Positions 1 through 9,991 of a stretch of 63,072 nucleotides of DNA are shown piece after piece (positions within the stretch are counted from its first letter, which is position 1; each line of letters starts with the position of its first letter). Under the pieces are notes generated by a model that made no database searches, was not told the origin of the DNA, and was given only the letters and a program-made list of their open reading frames with translations. The stretch comes from Candidatus Dormiibacterota bacterium. GTDB taxonomy: Bacteria; Eisenbacteria; RBG-16-71-46; SZUA-252. The stretch spans positions 1-63,072 of the forward strand of contig DASQAV010000008.1 of the NCBI GenBank assembly GCA_035635575.1. The letters run 5' to 3'. Position numbers and translations under genes: made by a program.

Positions 1-434
1 CGCGGCGGCGGCATGGGAACCGCCGGCTGCGTCACAGGCTCCGCATCCGCGACGGCTTGCGCACCCGCGGCGAACGCCGGAGTGAAGCGCTCGATCTCCG
101 GAGGAGCCACGCTCTCGGGGTGAGCCGAGGACGGCATGAACGGGTTCCCCGCGGGCGCTGAGGGCGGCGCGGGAGGCGTCATGGGCGGCGCGGGCGCAGG
201 ACGCGTCGCGGGCGGTGCCTGAGGCGCCGAAGCGTGGGCCGGTGGCGCGGGCTCCCGGCTCGGTTCCTCGGGCGTCGGTGGGATCAGCGGAAGAGGGGAC
301 GGTGCCGGCGCGGAAGGGCGCTCCACCAGGAAGACCGCCTGGCACTTGCGGCACCGAACGCGCGCCCCCTGCGCCGGAATCTTCTCATCCGCGATGGTAT
401 AGCGGGTGTTACACGAGCTGCATTCGACGTGCAT
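1..434 (-). CDS. MJ0042-type zinc-ribbon protein with Pro/Ala-rich tail (5' part only, runs off the left edge)
   Basis: ATG at 434 (complement of cat 432-434) is preceded by GAGGG. Translation is MHVECSSCNTRYTIADEKIPAQGARVRCRKCQAVFLVERPSAPAPSPLP..., with CxxC...CxxC spacing typical of the MJ0042 ribbon family. The frame stays open to position 1. It is absent from the ORF track because no stop lies in the window. Confidence 0.6.
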   Translation of the reverse strand, partial: MHVECSSCNTRYTIADEKIPAQGARVRCRKCQAVFLVERPSAPAPSPLPLIPPTPEEPSREPAPPAHASAPQAPPATRPAPAPPMTPPAPPSAPAGNPFMPSSAHPESVAPPEIERFTPAFAAGAQAVADAEPVTQPAVPMPPP

Positions 435-520
435 CCGTGCCCTCGATTTGAAATCCACGATCAGAGTAGCGGGTCGATCCAAATCATCGGCGACCCGCGC
501 GGCCATCTTTCGGGGAATGT

Positions 521-2590
521 CTAACCGCTTTCCAGGTAACGCTCCGCGTCCTCGAAATGAGCCTCGATCCAGCTCTTGAGCTTTGCTTCCCCGCGCGTTT
601 CTTCCCCGGAGAGAAGCTCCTGCGCAAGCCCGCGGGCCGCCTCGATGAGATCCAGATCCTTCGCGGGATCCAACGCGTGGAAATCCGGGAATCCGTGCTG
701 TGAGGTTCCGAGGAGCTCCCCGGGCCCTCGGAGCTTCAAGTCCTCCTCCGCCAGCTCCTGGCCGTTCTCCACGCGGGCGAAGATCGCCAGCCGCTGCCGC
801 GCGACCTGGCCCACGCCCGTTCCGAGGAGGAGGACACAGCGTCCGGGGCGCTCCGCGCGGCCGACCCTGCCGCGAAGCTGATGGAGCTGGGCCAGCCCGA
901 ACCGCTCGGGATGCTCGATCACGATGAGCGTGGCGTCGGGAATGTCCAGCCCCACCTCCACGACCGTGGTCGCGACCAGGATGCGCGCGTCGCCGGTGCG
1001 GAATCGCTCGATGGCGGTCCTTCGCTCCGTCGCCTTGAGCTTGCCGTGCACCAGCACCACCCCCGCGTCCCTGAGGCGCGGCAGGCGCCCGAGGGCCTCC
1101 GCCATCGCGACCGCGGATTTGAGGTCGGTCGTCTCGCTCTCCTCCACGACCGGATAGACCACGAAGGCACTCCCCCCCTGCTCCACCTCCTCTCCCAGGA
1201 TGCGGGCGAGCGAAGCGATGCCGCTCTCGCGGTGGAATGCGGTCTTCACGGGCGTGCGGCCGGCCGGGCGCTCCGTGAGAAGCGAGAGATCCAGATCGCC
1301 ATAGAGGGTCATCGCGAGACTGCGCGGAATCGGGGTCGCGGTGAGCACCAGCAGATGGGCGTCCCGGATGCCGCTCGTCTTCGAGGCCAGGGAGACGCGC
1401 TGGCGCACGCCGAACCGATGCTGCTCGTCCACCACCACGAGCCCCAGGGAATCGAAGCGAAGATCCCGCTCGAGCAGCGCGTGCGTCCCGATGACCAGGG
1501 CGACTTTGCCCGAGGCCAGGCCGGCGAGGATCGTCGCCCGCTCCTTCGCGGGCGTGGCGGCCGTGAGGAGCGCCATACCCGCCTCGGTGCCTTTCAAGAG
1601 GCGCGAGGCCGTCTCGGCGTGCTGCTCCGCCAGGATCGAGGTCGGTGCCAGGATGGCCGTCTGGGTCCCCGCCCCCGCCGCGCGCACCGCGGCCGCGAGC
1701 GCGAGCACCGTCTTCCCCGACCCGACGTCCCCGAGGAGGAGCCGCCGCATGGGAACCTCGCGGTCCAGATCGCGATCGATCGCCGCGAGTGCCTCCTCCT
1801 GCGAGCGCGTCAGGCGGAATGGAAGGGATGCCCGAAACGAGGACGCCTGGGACGCGCCCGCGCCGAGCGGATGGGCGGCGCGCCGGTCGCGATGGCGCGC
1901 GCGCGCGTAGAGAAGGGAGATCTGGATCCGGAGCAGCTCCTCCAGAGCGAGCCGGCGCCGGGCGGGCTCGGCGTCCTCGGGGGCGGGCGGAAAATGGACC
2001 CGCTCGAAGGCCAGGTCGAGCGCGGGGAGGCCGTGCTCCCGGCGCCACGCCGCCGGAATGGGATCGGGAAGGTCCCGCGCGGCCAGGAGCGCCTCCTCCA
2101 CGCGGCCGCGGAGCCACCGCTGCGTCACGCCCTGGGTGAGCCCATACACCGGGGTCACCCGCGCGAAGTCCGTACCCTGGCTTTCCCCCTCCTCCGGCTC
2201 GAACTCGGGATTGTGCATCTCGAGCCCGTGGTAGGGCTCGACCTGGCCGGAGAAGAAGTAGCGTTCCCCGGCGCGGAGCGCGCGCTCCACGAAGGGCTGA
2301 TTGAACCACACGACGCGGCGGGTCCCCGTTTCGTCCTGGATCATGGCAGCCACGTCCCGCCGTCCCCGGAACCGCCGCTCCAGCCGCAGGGACATCACCT
2401 TGGCCAGCACCGTTGCCTCGGTGTGCGGCTTCAAGAAGGCGATCGGCGTGACGAGGCGTCGGTCACGGTACGCGCGAGGAATGTGAAAGAGGAGGTCCCG
2501 AACCGTGCGGATCTCGAGCTTTCCGAGGCGGCGGGCCATTTCCGGTCCCACGCCGCTCATGAAGCGGACCGGATCGCGAAGGGAGGGCAT
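521..2590 (-). CDS. recG: ATP-dependent DNA helicase RecG
   Basis: 689-aa ORF. N-terminal wedge region GVGPEMARRLGKLEIRTVRDLLFHIPRAY, Walker A GDVGSGKT, DEQH box VVVDEQHRFG, helicase C motif QLHQLRGRVGR. Confidence 0.95.
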   Translation of the reverse strand: MPSLRDPVRFMSGVGPEMARRLGKLEIRTVRDLLFHIPRAYRDRRLVTPIAFLKPHTEATVLAKVMSLRLERRFRGRRDVAAMIQDETGTRRVVWFNQPFVERALRAGERYFFSGQVEPYHGLEMHNPEFEPEEGESQGTDFARVTPVYGLTQGVTQRWLRGRVEEALLAARDLPDPIPAAWRREHGLPALDLAFERVHFPPAPEDAEPARRRLALEELLRIQISLLYARARHRDRRAAHPLGAGASQASSFRASLPFRLTRSQEEALAAIDRDLDREVPMRRLLLGDVGSGKTVLALAAAVRAAGAGTQTAILAPTSILAEQHAETASRLLKGTEAGMALLTAATPAKERATILAGLASGKVALVIGTHALLERDLRFDSLGLVVVDEQHRFGVRQRVSLASKTSGIRDAHLLVLTATPIPRSLAMTLYGDLDLSLLTERPAGRTPVKTAFHRESGIASLARILGEEVEQGGSAFVVYPVVEESETTDLKSAVAMAEALGRLPRLRDAGVVLVHGKLKATERRTAIERFRTGDARILVATTVVEVGLDIPDATLIVIEHPERFGLAQLHQLRGRVGRAERPGRCVLLLGTGVGQVARQRLAIFARVENGQELAEEDLKLRGPGELLGTSQHGFPDFHALDPAKDLDLIEAARGLAQELLSGEETRGEAKLKSWIEAHFEDAERYLESG

Positions 2591-2633
2591 CGAAGGCGGA
2601 TGCTAGGGGGCGCTCGCCCCCGCGTCAAACCGC

Positions 2634-2662
2634 TTGCCCGAGGGCGGGCGCCCGGGTACACT
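2634..2662 (+). promoter_or_regulatory. candidate sigma70-like promoter for rpmB (TTGCCC-17 nt-TACACT)
   Basis: -35 TTGCCC at 2634-2639, 17-nt spacer, -10 TACACT at 2657-2662, 31 nt upstream of the rpmB ATG. Identified by pattern match only. Confidence 0.35.
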
Positions 2663-2693
2663 CGGCCGCTCTCACGATACCCAGGAGGATTTC

Positions 2694-2918
2694 ATGTCTC
2701 GAGCCTGCGACATCTGCGGCAAGGGCGTACAGCACGGCCAGAACGTGAGCCATGCCCACAACGTCACCAAGCGCCGCTGGGAAGTGAATCTGCAGACCGT
2801 GCACGCGCTGGTCGATGGAAAGCCGCGCAAGCTCCGGGTCTGCACCCGCTGCATCCGCTCCGGCGCCGTGCTGAAGAAAATGCCGCAGAGCGCCGCGCGC
2901 AGCGCCCGCGCCGTCTAG
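2694..2918 (+). CDS. rpmB: 50S ribosomal protein L28 (bL28)
   Basis: [57 protein letters not shown] matches bL28. ATG 2694 is preceded by AGGAGGA (2684-2690). The track ORF start at 2634 adds 20 non-homologous residues. Confidence 0.9.
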   Translation: MSRACDICGKGVQHGQNVSHAHNVTKRRWEVNLQTVHALVDGKPRKLRVCTRCIRSGAVLKKMPQSAARSARAV

Positions 2919-2949
2919 CCCGACACCGAGTCCAAGAGACGGTACGTGC

Positions 2950-2975
2950 GAGAAGCCCGCCTTTGCGGGCTTCTC
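2950..2975. terminator. perfect 11-bp hairpin between convergent rpmB and ftsZ (bidirectional terminator-like)
   Basis: GAGAAGCCCGC cttt GCGGGCTTCTC. It lies 31 nt after the rpmB stop and 1 nt before the ftsZ stop codon complement. No clear U-tract on either strand. Confidence 0.5.
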
Positions 2976-2976
2976 G

Positions 2977-4227
2977 TTAGTCCATTTGCTTCCGCATGAA
3001 GGCCGGGACGTCCATGTTGTCGCGCGTGATCGCGCGGCCGCCGAAAGAACGGCGCGGCGAAGCGGACATCCGGTACCCCGGACGCGCGGAGGCCACGGCC
3101 CCCTCGTCTTCCGGCATCGTCTCCTCCAGAGACGGCATGGAAGGCATCTGCGGCACCGGCGCCGGCCGGACCACGTGCTGCCGCGGCTCGGCCATCGGGT
3201 AGATCCGAGGCTGCTGTGCGTGCGCCGCCACGGGGATTCCCATCGGCCGCTGCTTCTGGTCGCCCTTCCCGAATCCGGTCGCGATCACCGTGATCGAGAG
3301 GCTGTCCCCCATGTGCTCGTCGATCACCGCGCCGAAGATCACGTTCGCGTCGTGTCCCGCCGCGTCGACCACCACGGTCACCGCCTCGTTGATCTCGTGG
3401 AGCGTCATCGACTCGCCCCCCGTGACGTTCACGAGCAAGGCTTCCGCGCCCGAGATCGACACGTCGTCGAGAAGCGGGCTCGAGACCGCGGACTGCGCCG
3501 CCTCGTAGGCCCGGTTCGGTCCGGTCGCGTGCCCCGCACCCATGAGCGCGTTCCCCCGCTCCGCCATGACCGTCTTCACGTCGGCGAAGTCCAGGTTCAC
3601 GAGCCCGGGCACGGTGATGAGATCGGAGATCCCCTTCGTGGCGTGGTGCAGCACCTGGTCCGCCACGCGGAAGGCCTCCTTGAGCGGCGTGGTGCGGTCC
3701 ACGATGGTGAGGAGCCGCTGGTTCGGGATGACGATGAGCGTGTCGACCCGCTCCCGGAGCTCGCGAAGCCCGTCCTCGGCGAGCTGCATGCGGCGGCGTC
3801 CCTCGAACTCGAACGGACGCGTGACCACGGCCACCGTGAGCGCGCCCTGTGCCTTGGCGATCCGCGCGACCACCGGCGCCGCGCCGGTCCCCGTGCCTCC
3901 GCCCATGCCGGCGGTCACGAACACCATGTCCGCCCCTTCCAGCATCTCCGAGATCTGGGCTTCATCCTCCTCGGCGGAATCGCGTCCCACGTTCGGGTTC
4001 GCGCCCGAGCCCAGCCCCTTCGTGATGGTGGTGCCCAGCTGCAGCTTTCTGGGGCTGAGCGACTGATCCAGCACCTGGGCATCGGTGTTGGCCGCGATGA
4101 ACTCCACCCCGTTGAGCCCGGACTGGATCATGCGGTTCACCGCGTTGCCGCCCGCTCCGCCCACACCGATCACCTTGATCGAGGCCCCCAACACCTCCTG
4201 CTTCCCGTCATCGATCAGCTCGAGCAT
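2977..4227 (-). CDS. ftsZ: cell division GTPase FtsZ
   Basis: [17 protein letters not shown], tubulin signature [16 protein letters not shown]-terminal peptide [16 protein letters not shown] lies upstream of the ATG. Confidence 0.97.
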   Translation of the reverse strand: MLELIDDGKQEVLGASIKVIGVGGAGGNAVNRMIQSGLNGVEFIAANTDAQVLDQSLSPRKLQLGTTITKGLGSGANPNVGRDSAEEDEAQISEMLEGADMVFVTAGMGGGTGTGAAPVVARIAKAQGALTVAVVTRPFEFEGRRRMQLAEDGLRELRERVDTLIVIPNQRLLTIVDRTTPLKEAFRVADQVLHHATKGISDLITVPGLVNLDFADVKTVMAERGNALMGAGHATGPNRAYEAAQSAVSSPLLDDVSISGAEALLVNVTGGESMTLHEINEAVTVVVDAAGHDANVIFGAVIDEHMGDSLSITVIATGFGKGDQKQRPMGIPVAAHAQQPRIYPMAEPRQHVVRPAPVPQMPSMPSLEETMPEDEGAVASARPGYRMSASPRRSFGGRAITRDNMDVPAFMRKQMD

Positions 4228-4248
4228 CGTCTGACTCCTCCCCGCTGG

Positions 4249-5478
4249 TTAGACCAGCTCCTCGATCCACCGCCGCAACCCGAATGAGATACGACTGAAC
4301 ACCCCCCGCTCGGCCGTGCTCGGCCGCGCACCCAGCATATGGGCGTGGATCGCGAGACCCACGCCCGTGGCAAACCGCGGATCGCACACCGCCTCGGTCA
4401 GCCCCGTGATTCCCATCGGGACGCCGCGCCGCACCGGCAGATCGAAGACCTGCTCGGCCAGCTCGACCATTCCCTCGAGGGACGAAGCGCCTCCCGTCAG
4501 CACCACGCCGGCGCCGAGCAGATCGCCGATGTGGTTCTTGCGGATCTCCTTTTTCCCGAGCTCGAAGATCTCCTCGATCCGGGGCTCGATCATCATGGCG
4601 AGCATGTGGCGCGAGACCTCGCGGTCCATCCTCCCGCCCACGCTCGGCACCTGCACCACTTCCTTGGGGCTCACCATGGACGCGAGCGCGCACCCGCTCT
4701 GGAGCTTGAGCTGCTCCGCGCGCTCCACCGGCGTGCGGAGCCCGATCGCGAGATCGTTGGTGACGTTGGCGCCCCCCAGCCCGATCACGGCGGTGTGGCG
4801 GACGCTTCCCTCGTAGAAGATCGCCACGTCGGTCGTGCCCCCGCCGATGTCGAAGAGCGCCACGCCCAGGTCGCGCTCGTCCTGGGTCAGGACCGCGTCC
4901 GCCGAGGCCAGCGGCTCCAGCACCAGCTCCTCCACCTCCAGGCCCGCGCGCTCGGCGGCGCGGATCACGTTGCGGCACGCCGAGGCGGCGCCGGTGATGA
5001 TGTGGACCTCGGCCTCGAGTCGCACCCCCGACATCCCCACGGGATCTCGGATTCCGTCCTGGTCGTCCACGATGAACTCTTGCGGAAGCACGTGGAGGAT
5101 CTCCCGATCGGTCGGGATCGCGACGGCCTTGGCCGCCTCGATCACGCGCTCCAGGTCGTGTGGCCGGATCTCGGCGTCCTTGCGCGAGACCGCGATGACG
5201 CCGCGGCTGTTGATGCCGCGGATGTGTTCCCCGGCGATCCCGGCGAAGACGGAGCGAATGGTCCGGCCCGACATGCGCTCCGCCTCCTGCACCGCGTACT
5301 GGATGGAGCGCGTCGTCTTCTCGAGATTGACCACCACGCCCCGCTTCAGCCCGTCCGAGGGCGCGGACCCCACGCCGATGATCCGGATCCCGTCGCCGTC
5401 CTCGTCGGACTCGGCGACGATGGCGGTGATCTTCGTCGTGCCGATGTCCAGCCCCGCTACGATTTTCTGTTCGGCCAT
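4249..5478 (-). CDS. ftsA: cell division protein FtsA (actin-like ATPase)
   Basis: MAEQKIVAGLDIGTTKITAIV..., FDIGGGTTDVAIF. Located between ftsQ and ftsZ. GGGGAGGG Shine-Dalgarno. Confidence 0.95.
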   Translation of the reverse strand: MAEQKIVAGLDIGTTKITAIVAESDEDGDGIRIIGVGSAPSDGLKRGVVVNLEKTTRSIQYAVQEAERMSGRTIRSVFAGIAGEHIRGINSRGVIAVSRKDAEIRPHDLERVIEAAKAVAIPTDREILHVLPQEFIVDDQDGIRDPVGMSGVRLEAEVHIITGAASACRNVIRAAERAGLEVEELVLEPLASADAVLTQDERDLGVALFDIGGGTTDVAIFYEGSVRHTAVIGLGGANVTNDLAIGLRTPVERAEQLKLQSGCALASMVSPKEVVQVPSVGGRMDREVSRHMLAMMIEPRIEEIFELGKKEIRKNHIGDLLGAGVVLTGGASSLEGMVELAEQVFDLPVRRGVPMGITGLTEAVCDPRFATGVGLAIHAHMLGARPSTAERGVFSRISFGLRRWIEELV

Positions 5479-5491
5479 CCGCCCTCCCCCA

Positions 5492-6325
5492 TCAGACCTT
5501 GTCCCGAGATGTCGGTGCTTCGCCCAGACTGTCCGGAGCGCACCGGACGATCACCTGTCCCCGATACCTTGCATCCAGAACCAGCACGTGGCGGTCGTGA
5601 TCGCGCAGATCGTGGAGCGTGGCCTTGAGCGCCGTGAGGCAGCGAGACGTCACGCGCTCCGGATCGATCAGGATCGGAATCTGGTCCCGGGAGGTCCGGA
5701 GCACGAACCAGCGCGGATCGCTCGCGACGATCTCGGAGATCTCCGGCAGGAGCCCCACGTCCGGCGACTCGAGCAGGGTGACGACCCGGAGCACGTCGCT
5801 GAACCGCGCGTTGAGGACGCGCGTGCCCGGGCGATGGCTCATGGCCGCCAGCCCGGTGACGACCGGACGGTCGGCGATGAGCCCGCGGGCGAGCGGAGGA
5901 AGCACCGTTCCGGTCGAGTCCACCTCGAGGAGCTTGCCCGCGTTCACGAGCACGAACGGCCGCCGCTCGCGAACCAGGACCCGGAGCGCGGCGGGCAGGA
6001 ACTCCACCCGGGCGCTCTCGATGCGCGGGTTCCGCTCGAGCGAGCGCACGATCTCCGCGGGACGGACCTCGAAGAGGCTCTCGCCGTACTCCACCGGAAT
6101 CGAGGGACGGACCTCCTCCTGAGAGAGATAGAGAAGGCCGGTCACCTCCACGCGGCCCGCCTGAAAGAGCGGCATCCTGCCCAGCACGCGGGCCGCCGAG
6201 GGCCAGAGCCTCGAGAGCCCTGCGAGGAGGAGAAGCGAGAGGAGCGTCACGAGCAGAATCCGGCGATTTCTCCGGCGGCGTTCGGGCCGTTTCAGGCGCG
6301 TGGTGGTGCGGCATCCCGCCCTCAT
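5492..6325 (-). CDS. ftsQ: cell division protein FtsQ (POTRA domain)
   Basis: Basic N-terminus, TM helix ILLVTLLSLLLLAGL, then POTRA-like GRVEVTGLLYLSQEEV...RIESARVEFLPAALRVLVRERRP. ATG 6325 overlaps the murC stop (ATGA). The first 165 codons of the track ORF are out-of-frame read-through of murC. Confidence 0.8.
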   Translation of the reverse strand: MRAGCRTTTRLKRPERRRRNRRILLVTLLSLLLLAGLSRLWPSAARVLGRMPLFQAGRVEVTGLLYLSQEEVRPSIPVEYGESLFEVRPAEIVRSLERNPRIESARVEFLPAALRVLVRERRPFVLVNAGKLLEVDSTGTVLPPLARGLIADRPVVTGLAAMSHRPGTRVLNARFSDVLRVVTLLESPDVGLLPEISEIVASDPRWFVLRTSRDQIPILIDPERVTSRCLTALKATLHDLRDHDRHVLVLDARYRGQVIVRCAPDSLGEAPTSRDKV

Positions 6326-7686
6326 CGCGGCCCTCCCCGCGCCAGCTCGCCCACGCGATACACGTCCCCTGCCCCGATCGTGACCAGGAGATCCCCCTTG
6401 TGGAGGAGCTCGCGGGCGATCTTGGCCGCCTGGCCAAAGTCCTCGGCCATCCGCACGGACGATCCGTTCGCGCGGATGCGGTCCACCAGCATCTCCGTCT
6501 TGACGCCGGGGATCGGCGGCTCTCCGGCGGGATAGATCGGAAGCAGCACGAGCTCCGAGACGCCGGTGAAACAGGTCGCGAAGCGGTCTTGAAGCGCCTG
6601 CGTGCGCGAGAAGCGGTGCGGCTGGAAGACCGCGACGATCCTGCGCTGGTACGTATCTCGAAGGGCCGCGATGGCGGCCTCGATCTCGGTCGGATGGTGC
6701 CCGTAGTCGTCCACCCAGAGCGCGCCGCGCACCTCGCCGCGAAGCTCGAGCCTCCGGCTCACGCCCGAGAACTCGCTCAGCGCTTCGCGGATCTTGGGAA
6801 TGGGAATGCCCAGCTCCCATCCGGCGACGGTGGCCGCGAGCGCGTTCCGGGCGTTGTGGGTCCCGCTCACGCGGAGCTCGAACACTCCCTCGTCCCGCCC
6901 CAGCGCCCGCAGGCGGTAGCGCACGCCGCGGGAATCCACGTGGAGCTCGGATCCCTCGAAGTCCGCCCCCTTCGTGAACCCGTACGTGAGCAGCCGCCGC
7001 TTCACCCCGGCCCGAACCGGACCGATGTTCCGGTCGTCGTGCGGCAGCACCACCGTGCCGTAGAAGGGAACCCGGTTCACGAAGTTGAGGAACGTATCCT
7101 GCACGTGGGCCAGGTCCTTGTAGTAGTCCATGTGCTCGGCATCCACGTTCGTGATCACCGCGATGGTCGGCGTGAGATAGAGGAAGCTTCCGTCGCTCTC
7201 GTCCGCCTCCGCGACCAGGAAGGGCCCCTGCCCCAGGCGCGCGTGCGCGCCCACGGCCTTGACCCGGCCGCCCACGATCACCGTGGGATCGAGGCCGCCG
7301 TGGGAGAGGATCGCGCCCACCATCGAGGTGGTCGTGGTCTTCCCGTGCGCGCCCGCGACCGCCACCGAGTACTTGATCCGCATCAGCTCCGCGAGCATCT
7401 CCGCGCGCGGAATGACGGGAATCAGGCGCCGATGCGCCTCCTGGATCTCCGGATTCGCCTCCGCGATCGCGGTCGACACCACCACCACGTCCGACCCCTC
7501 CACCTGCTCGGCCCGATGGCCGACGAAGATGCGCGCCCCGAGCGAGCGGAGCCTCTGGACCGGCTCCGACTCCTTCAGGTCCGAGCCCGAGACCTGATAG
7601 CCGAGATTCAGCAGCACCTCAGCGATGCCGCTCATCCCGCTCCCACCGATTCCAACCAGATGGATCCTCCTGATCCGGCCGTACAT
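6322..7686 (-). CDS. murC: UDP-N-acetylmuramate--L-alanine ligase
   Basis: IHLVGIGGSGMSGIAEVLLNLGY, Mur ligase P-loop GAHGKTTTTSM. Position in the dcw cluster. Confidence 0.95.
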   Translation of the reverse strand: MYGRIRRIHLVGIGGSGMSGIAEVLLNLGYQVSGSDLKESEPVQRLRSLGARIFVGHRAEQVEGSDVVVVSTAIAEANPEIQEAHRRLIPVIPRAEMLAELMRIKYSVAVAGAHGKTTTTSMVGAILSHGGLDPTVIVGGRVKAVGAHARLGQGPFLVAEADESDGSFLYLTPTIAVITNVDAEHMDYYKDLAHVQDTFLNFVNRVPFYGTVVLPHDDRNIGPVRAGVKRRLLTYGFTKGADFEGSELHVDSRGVRYRLRALGRDEGVFELRVSGTHNARNALAATVAGWELGIPIPKIREALSEFSGVSRRLELRGEVRGALWVDDYGHHPTEIEAAIAALRDTYQRRIVAVFQPHRFSRTQALQDRFATCFTGVSELVLLPIYPAGEPPIPGVKTEMLVDRIRANGSSVRMAEDFGQAAKIARELLHKGDLLVTIGAGDVYRVGELARGGPR

Positions 7687-7692
7687 GAACGC

Positions 7693-8829
7693 TCAGCTCT
7701 CGCGCGGGATCGTGGTCGCATGGACCAGCTGCTCCATGGAGCGCGCGATGCGCTGGGCGGCGTCGACTCGGGCGAACGCCCGGGCATTTCTTCCGATCCG
7801 CCGTAGCCTCTGCTCGTCGCGCAGCAGGGACTCGATCTTCCCCGCCAGCGCCTCCGGCGTGAGCTCCTTGTCGGGAATCACGAGCGCCGCGTCCCGGTCC
7901 ACGAGCCCGCGCGCGTTGTGTGTCTGGTGATCGCGCGTGGCGTGCGGATAGGGAACGAGGATGGCCGCGACCCCGCAGGCGGTGAGCTCGGCGATGGTCA
8001 TCGCCCCGGCGCGGCAGACCGCGATGTCCGCGACCGCGTAGGCCTTCTCGATCGCGTCCAGGTAGGCGAACACCTTCACCCGCAAGGGAAAGCTCCGGAA
8101 CTTCTTCTGGATCGCCTCGAAGTCCTCCGCTCCCGTCTGCCAGATGACCTGCACGTTGGAGAAGCTCTTCAGGCGCTCGAGGGCGCCCTCGGTCGCCCGG
8201 TTGATGCTCGCCGCTCCGCGGCTCCCGCCGAACACGAAGAGCGTGCGCTTCTCGGGGTCCAGGCCGAGCGACTCGTAGGCGCTCCCCTTGTCTTGCATCA
8301 GAAGCGAGCGCCGTATGGGATTTCCCGAGACGCGGAGGTTGTTCTTGCGCCGGAAGTACCCCCGCGACTCGACGAAGCCGATGTGCATCTCGCTCGCGAC
8401 CAGGTTCAGCCAGCGGTTCGTCGCGCCCGGAATGGAGTTCTGCTCCTGGAGGACCACCGGAATCCCGAAGATCTTCGCGACCAGCACCACGGGCGCGCTC
8501 ACGTAGCTGCCGGTCCCCAGGACCACGTGCGGCTTGAAATCCACGATGAGCCGGAAGGACTGCACCAGCGAGCGCGCGAGGCCGACGAAGGCCAGGATCC
8601 AACCCGGGCCGGGACGGCGCGGGAGCCCCCGCGCCGCGATCGTCCGGAGCTCGTAGCCCGCGCGCGGAACCGCCTGGGTCTCCGGCCCGCGGGTGGTTCC
8701 GACGAAGAGCACCCTCGAGTCCGGATGCAGCCGCATCCATTCCTCGGCGATGGCAATCCCCGGATAGAGATGCCCGCCCGTTCCGCCGGCGGCGATCAGC
8801 ACGCGGATCGCACCGGCGCTAGCGGCCAC
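7693..8829 (-). CDS. murG: undecaprenyldiphospho-muramoylpentapeptide beta-N-acetylglucosaminyltransferase
   Basis: G-loop IAAGGTGGHLYPGIAIAEE. GTG at 8829 gives an 11-nt overlap with ftsW. The track ORF start at 8913 would overlap ftsW by 95 nt, so the start is uncertain by 84 nt. Confidence 0.9.
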   Translation of the reverse strand: MAASAGAIRVLIAAGGTGGHLYPGIAIAEEWMRLHPDSRVLFVGTTRGPETQAVPRAGYELRTIAARGLPRRPGPGWILAFVGLARSLVQSFRLIVDFKPHVVLGTGSYVSAPVVLVAKIFGIPVVLQEQNSIPGATNRWLNLVASEMHIGFVESRGYFRRKNNLRVSGNPIRRSLLMQDKGSAYESLGLDPEKRTLFVFGGSRGAASINRATEGALERLKSFSNVQVIWQTGAEDFEAIQKKFRSFPLRVKVFAYLDAIEKAYAVADIAVCRAGAMTIAELTACGVAAILVPYPHATRDHQTHNARGLVDRDAALVIPDKELTPEALAGKIESLLRDEQRLRRIGRNARAFARVDAAQRIARSMEQLVHATTIPRES

Positions 8830-9991
8830 CCGGTCGTTTCCGCGCGGCCCTTCGCTCGGCCGGGCCGGTTCGAATGCCGGTTTTGATCTGGCTTGCGATG
8901 TTGAGTAGGACACCGACCACCCCCAAGTTCACGACCAACGCCGATCCCCCGTAGCTCAGGAAGGGGAGCGGCAATCCGGTCGTCGGAATGATCCCGGTCA
9001 CGACCGAGAGGTTCATCCCAACGTACACACCCAGGCTCACGGTCAGGCCGGCCGCGAGCAGGAACCCAAAACGATCCGGAGCGCGGCCGGCGATCTTCAG
9101 GCCGCGCAAGAACAGAAAGACATAGGCGACGAGCACGGACACGGTGCCGACGAGTCCCAGCTCCTCGCCGATGACGGCGTAGATGAAATCGGTATGCGGG
9201 TCCGGGAGGAAGAAGAACTTCTGCATTCCGCTTCCGGGACCTTCGCCGAAGATGCCTCCCGAGCCGAGCGCCACGATGGACTGGTGGAGCTGCCATCCCT
9301 TCCCCTGCACATCGGCCCCGGTGGACCAGTGCGAGACCCAGCCCTGCACCCGATCCATCATGTAGGGATGGCGCAGCACCACGACCAGCGCGAGAAGGGC
9401 GCCGGCGCCCGCCATCATCCCGAGGTGCTTGGGATTCGCCCCCGCGAGATGGAGGAGGAGAAACCCGGTCACAAGGAGGGCGATGGTGCTGCCCAGGTTG
9501 GGCTGCTTCAAGATCAGGAGCGCGATCAGACCCAGCACCGCCATCGCGGGGAGGAGCCCGTCCCGGAAGGAACGGATCCGGTCCCCCTTCCGGTCGAGGA
9601 GCTTGGCCAGGTAGATGATGCAGGCCACGCGCGCGACCTCGGTGGGCTGGAGGGTGAACTCCGCGAAGGAAAGCCAGCGGTTGGCGCCGCGCACGCCGGC
9701 TCCGCCGAGCACGACGAGCAGAGCGAGAAGCCCCACGCTCCCCGCGAGAGCCACCGGCGCGAGCGGGACCAGCCGGTGATAGTCGAACCGCGCGAGAAAG
9801 AGCATCACGGCGAGACCGAGCAGCAGCCGGAGCGCCTGGCGCTTCACGAAGAAGAACTCGGAATGGTACCGGTCGGCGCCCAGCACCGCGCTCGAGGAGT
9901 AGACCATGATGAGCCCGAGCGCCAGGAGCCCCAGCACGGGGAGCAGCACCCCCCAGTCGAGCTTCCGCGGTTCCGCGATCACGAGGCTCAT
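8819..9991 (-). CDS. ftsW: SEDS-family peptidoglycan glycosyltransferase FtsW
   Basis: 390-aa polytopic membrane protein of FtsW/RodA type (...YSSSAVLG..., FLSYGGSALV). Located between murD and murG. ATG overlaps the murD stop (ATGA). Confidence 0.9.
   Translation of the reverse strand: MSLVIAEPRKLDWGVLLPVLGLLALGLIMVYSSSAVLGADRYHSEFFFVKRQALRLLLGLAVMLFLARFDYHRLVPLAPVALAGSVGLLALLVVLGGAGVRGANRWLSFAEFTLQPTEVARVACIIYLAKLLDRKGDRIRSFRDGLLPAMAVLGLIALLILKQPNLGSTIALLVTGFLLLHLAGANPKHLGMMAGAGALLALVVVLRHPYMMDRVQGWVSHWSTGADVQGKGWQLHQSIVALGSGGIFGEGPGSGMQKFFFLPDPHTDFIYAVIGEELGLVGTVSVLVAYVFLFLRGLKIAGRAPDRFGFLLAAGLTVSLGVYVGMNLSVVTGIIPTTGLPLPFLSYGGSALVVNLGVVGVLLNIASQIKTGIRTGPAERRAARKRPGGR

Noticed and set aside
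215-524. Plus-strand ORFs 215-451 and 234-524.
   Set aside because: They are antisense to the zinc-ribbon gene (1-434, minus strand), which has a clear CxxC...CxxC motif and an SD. The plus-strand translations are featureless and Arg/Pro/Gly-rich.
2606-2621. Palindrome GGGGGCG-CT-CGCCCCC just upstream of the recG start.
   Set aside because: As a hairpin, the loop would be too small for a standard terminator, and it lies in a divergent promoter region. It may be an operator, but I have no supporting evidence.
2634-2693. Longer start for rpmB at 2634.
   Set aside because: It adds 20 residues with no similarity to bL28. AGGAGGA sits at ideal distance from ATG 2694. The 2634 region fits better as a -35 element.
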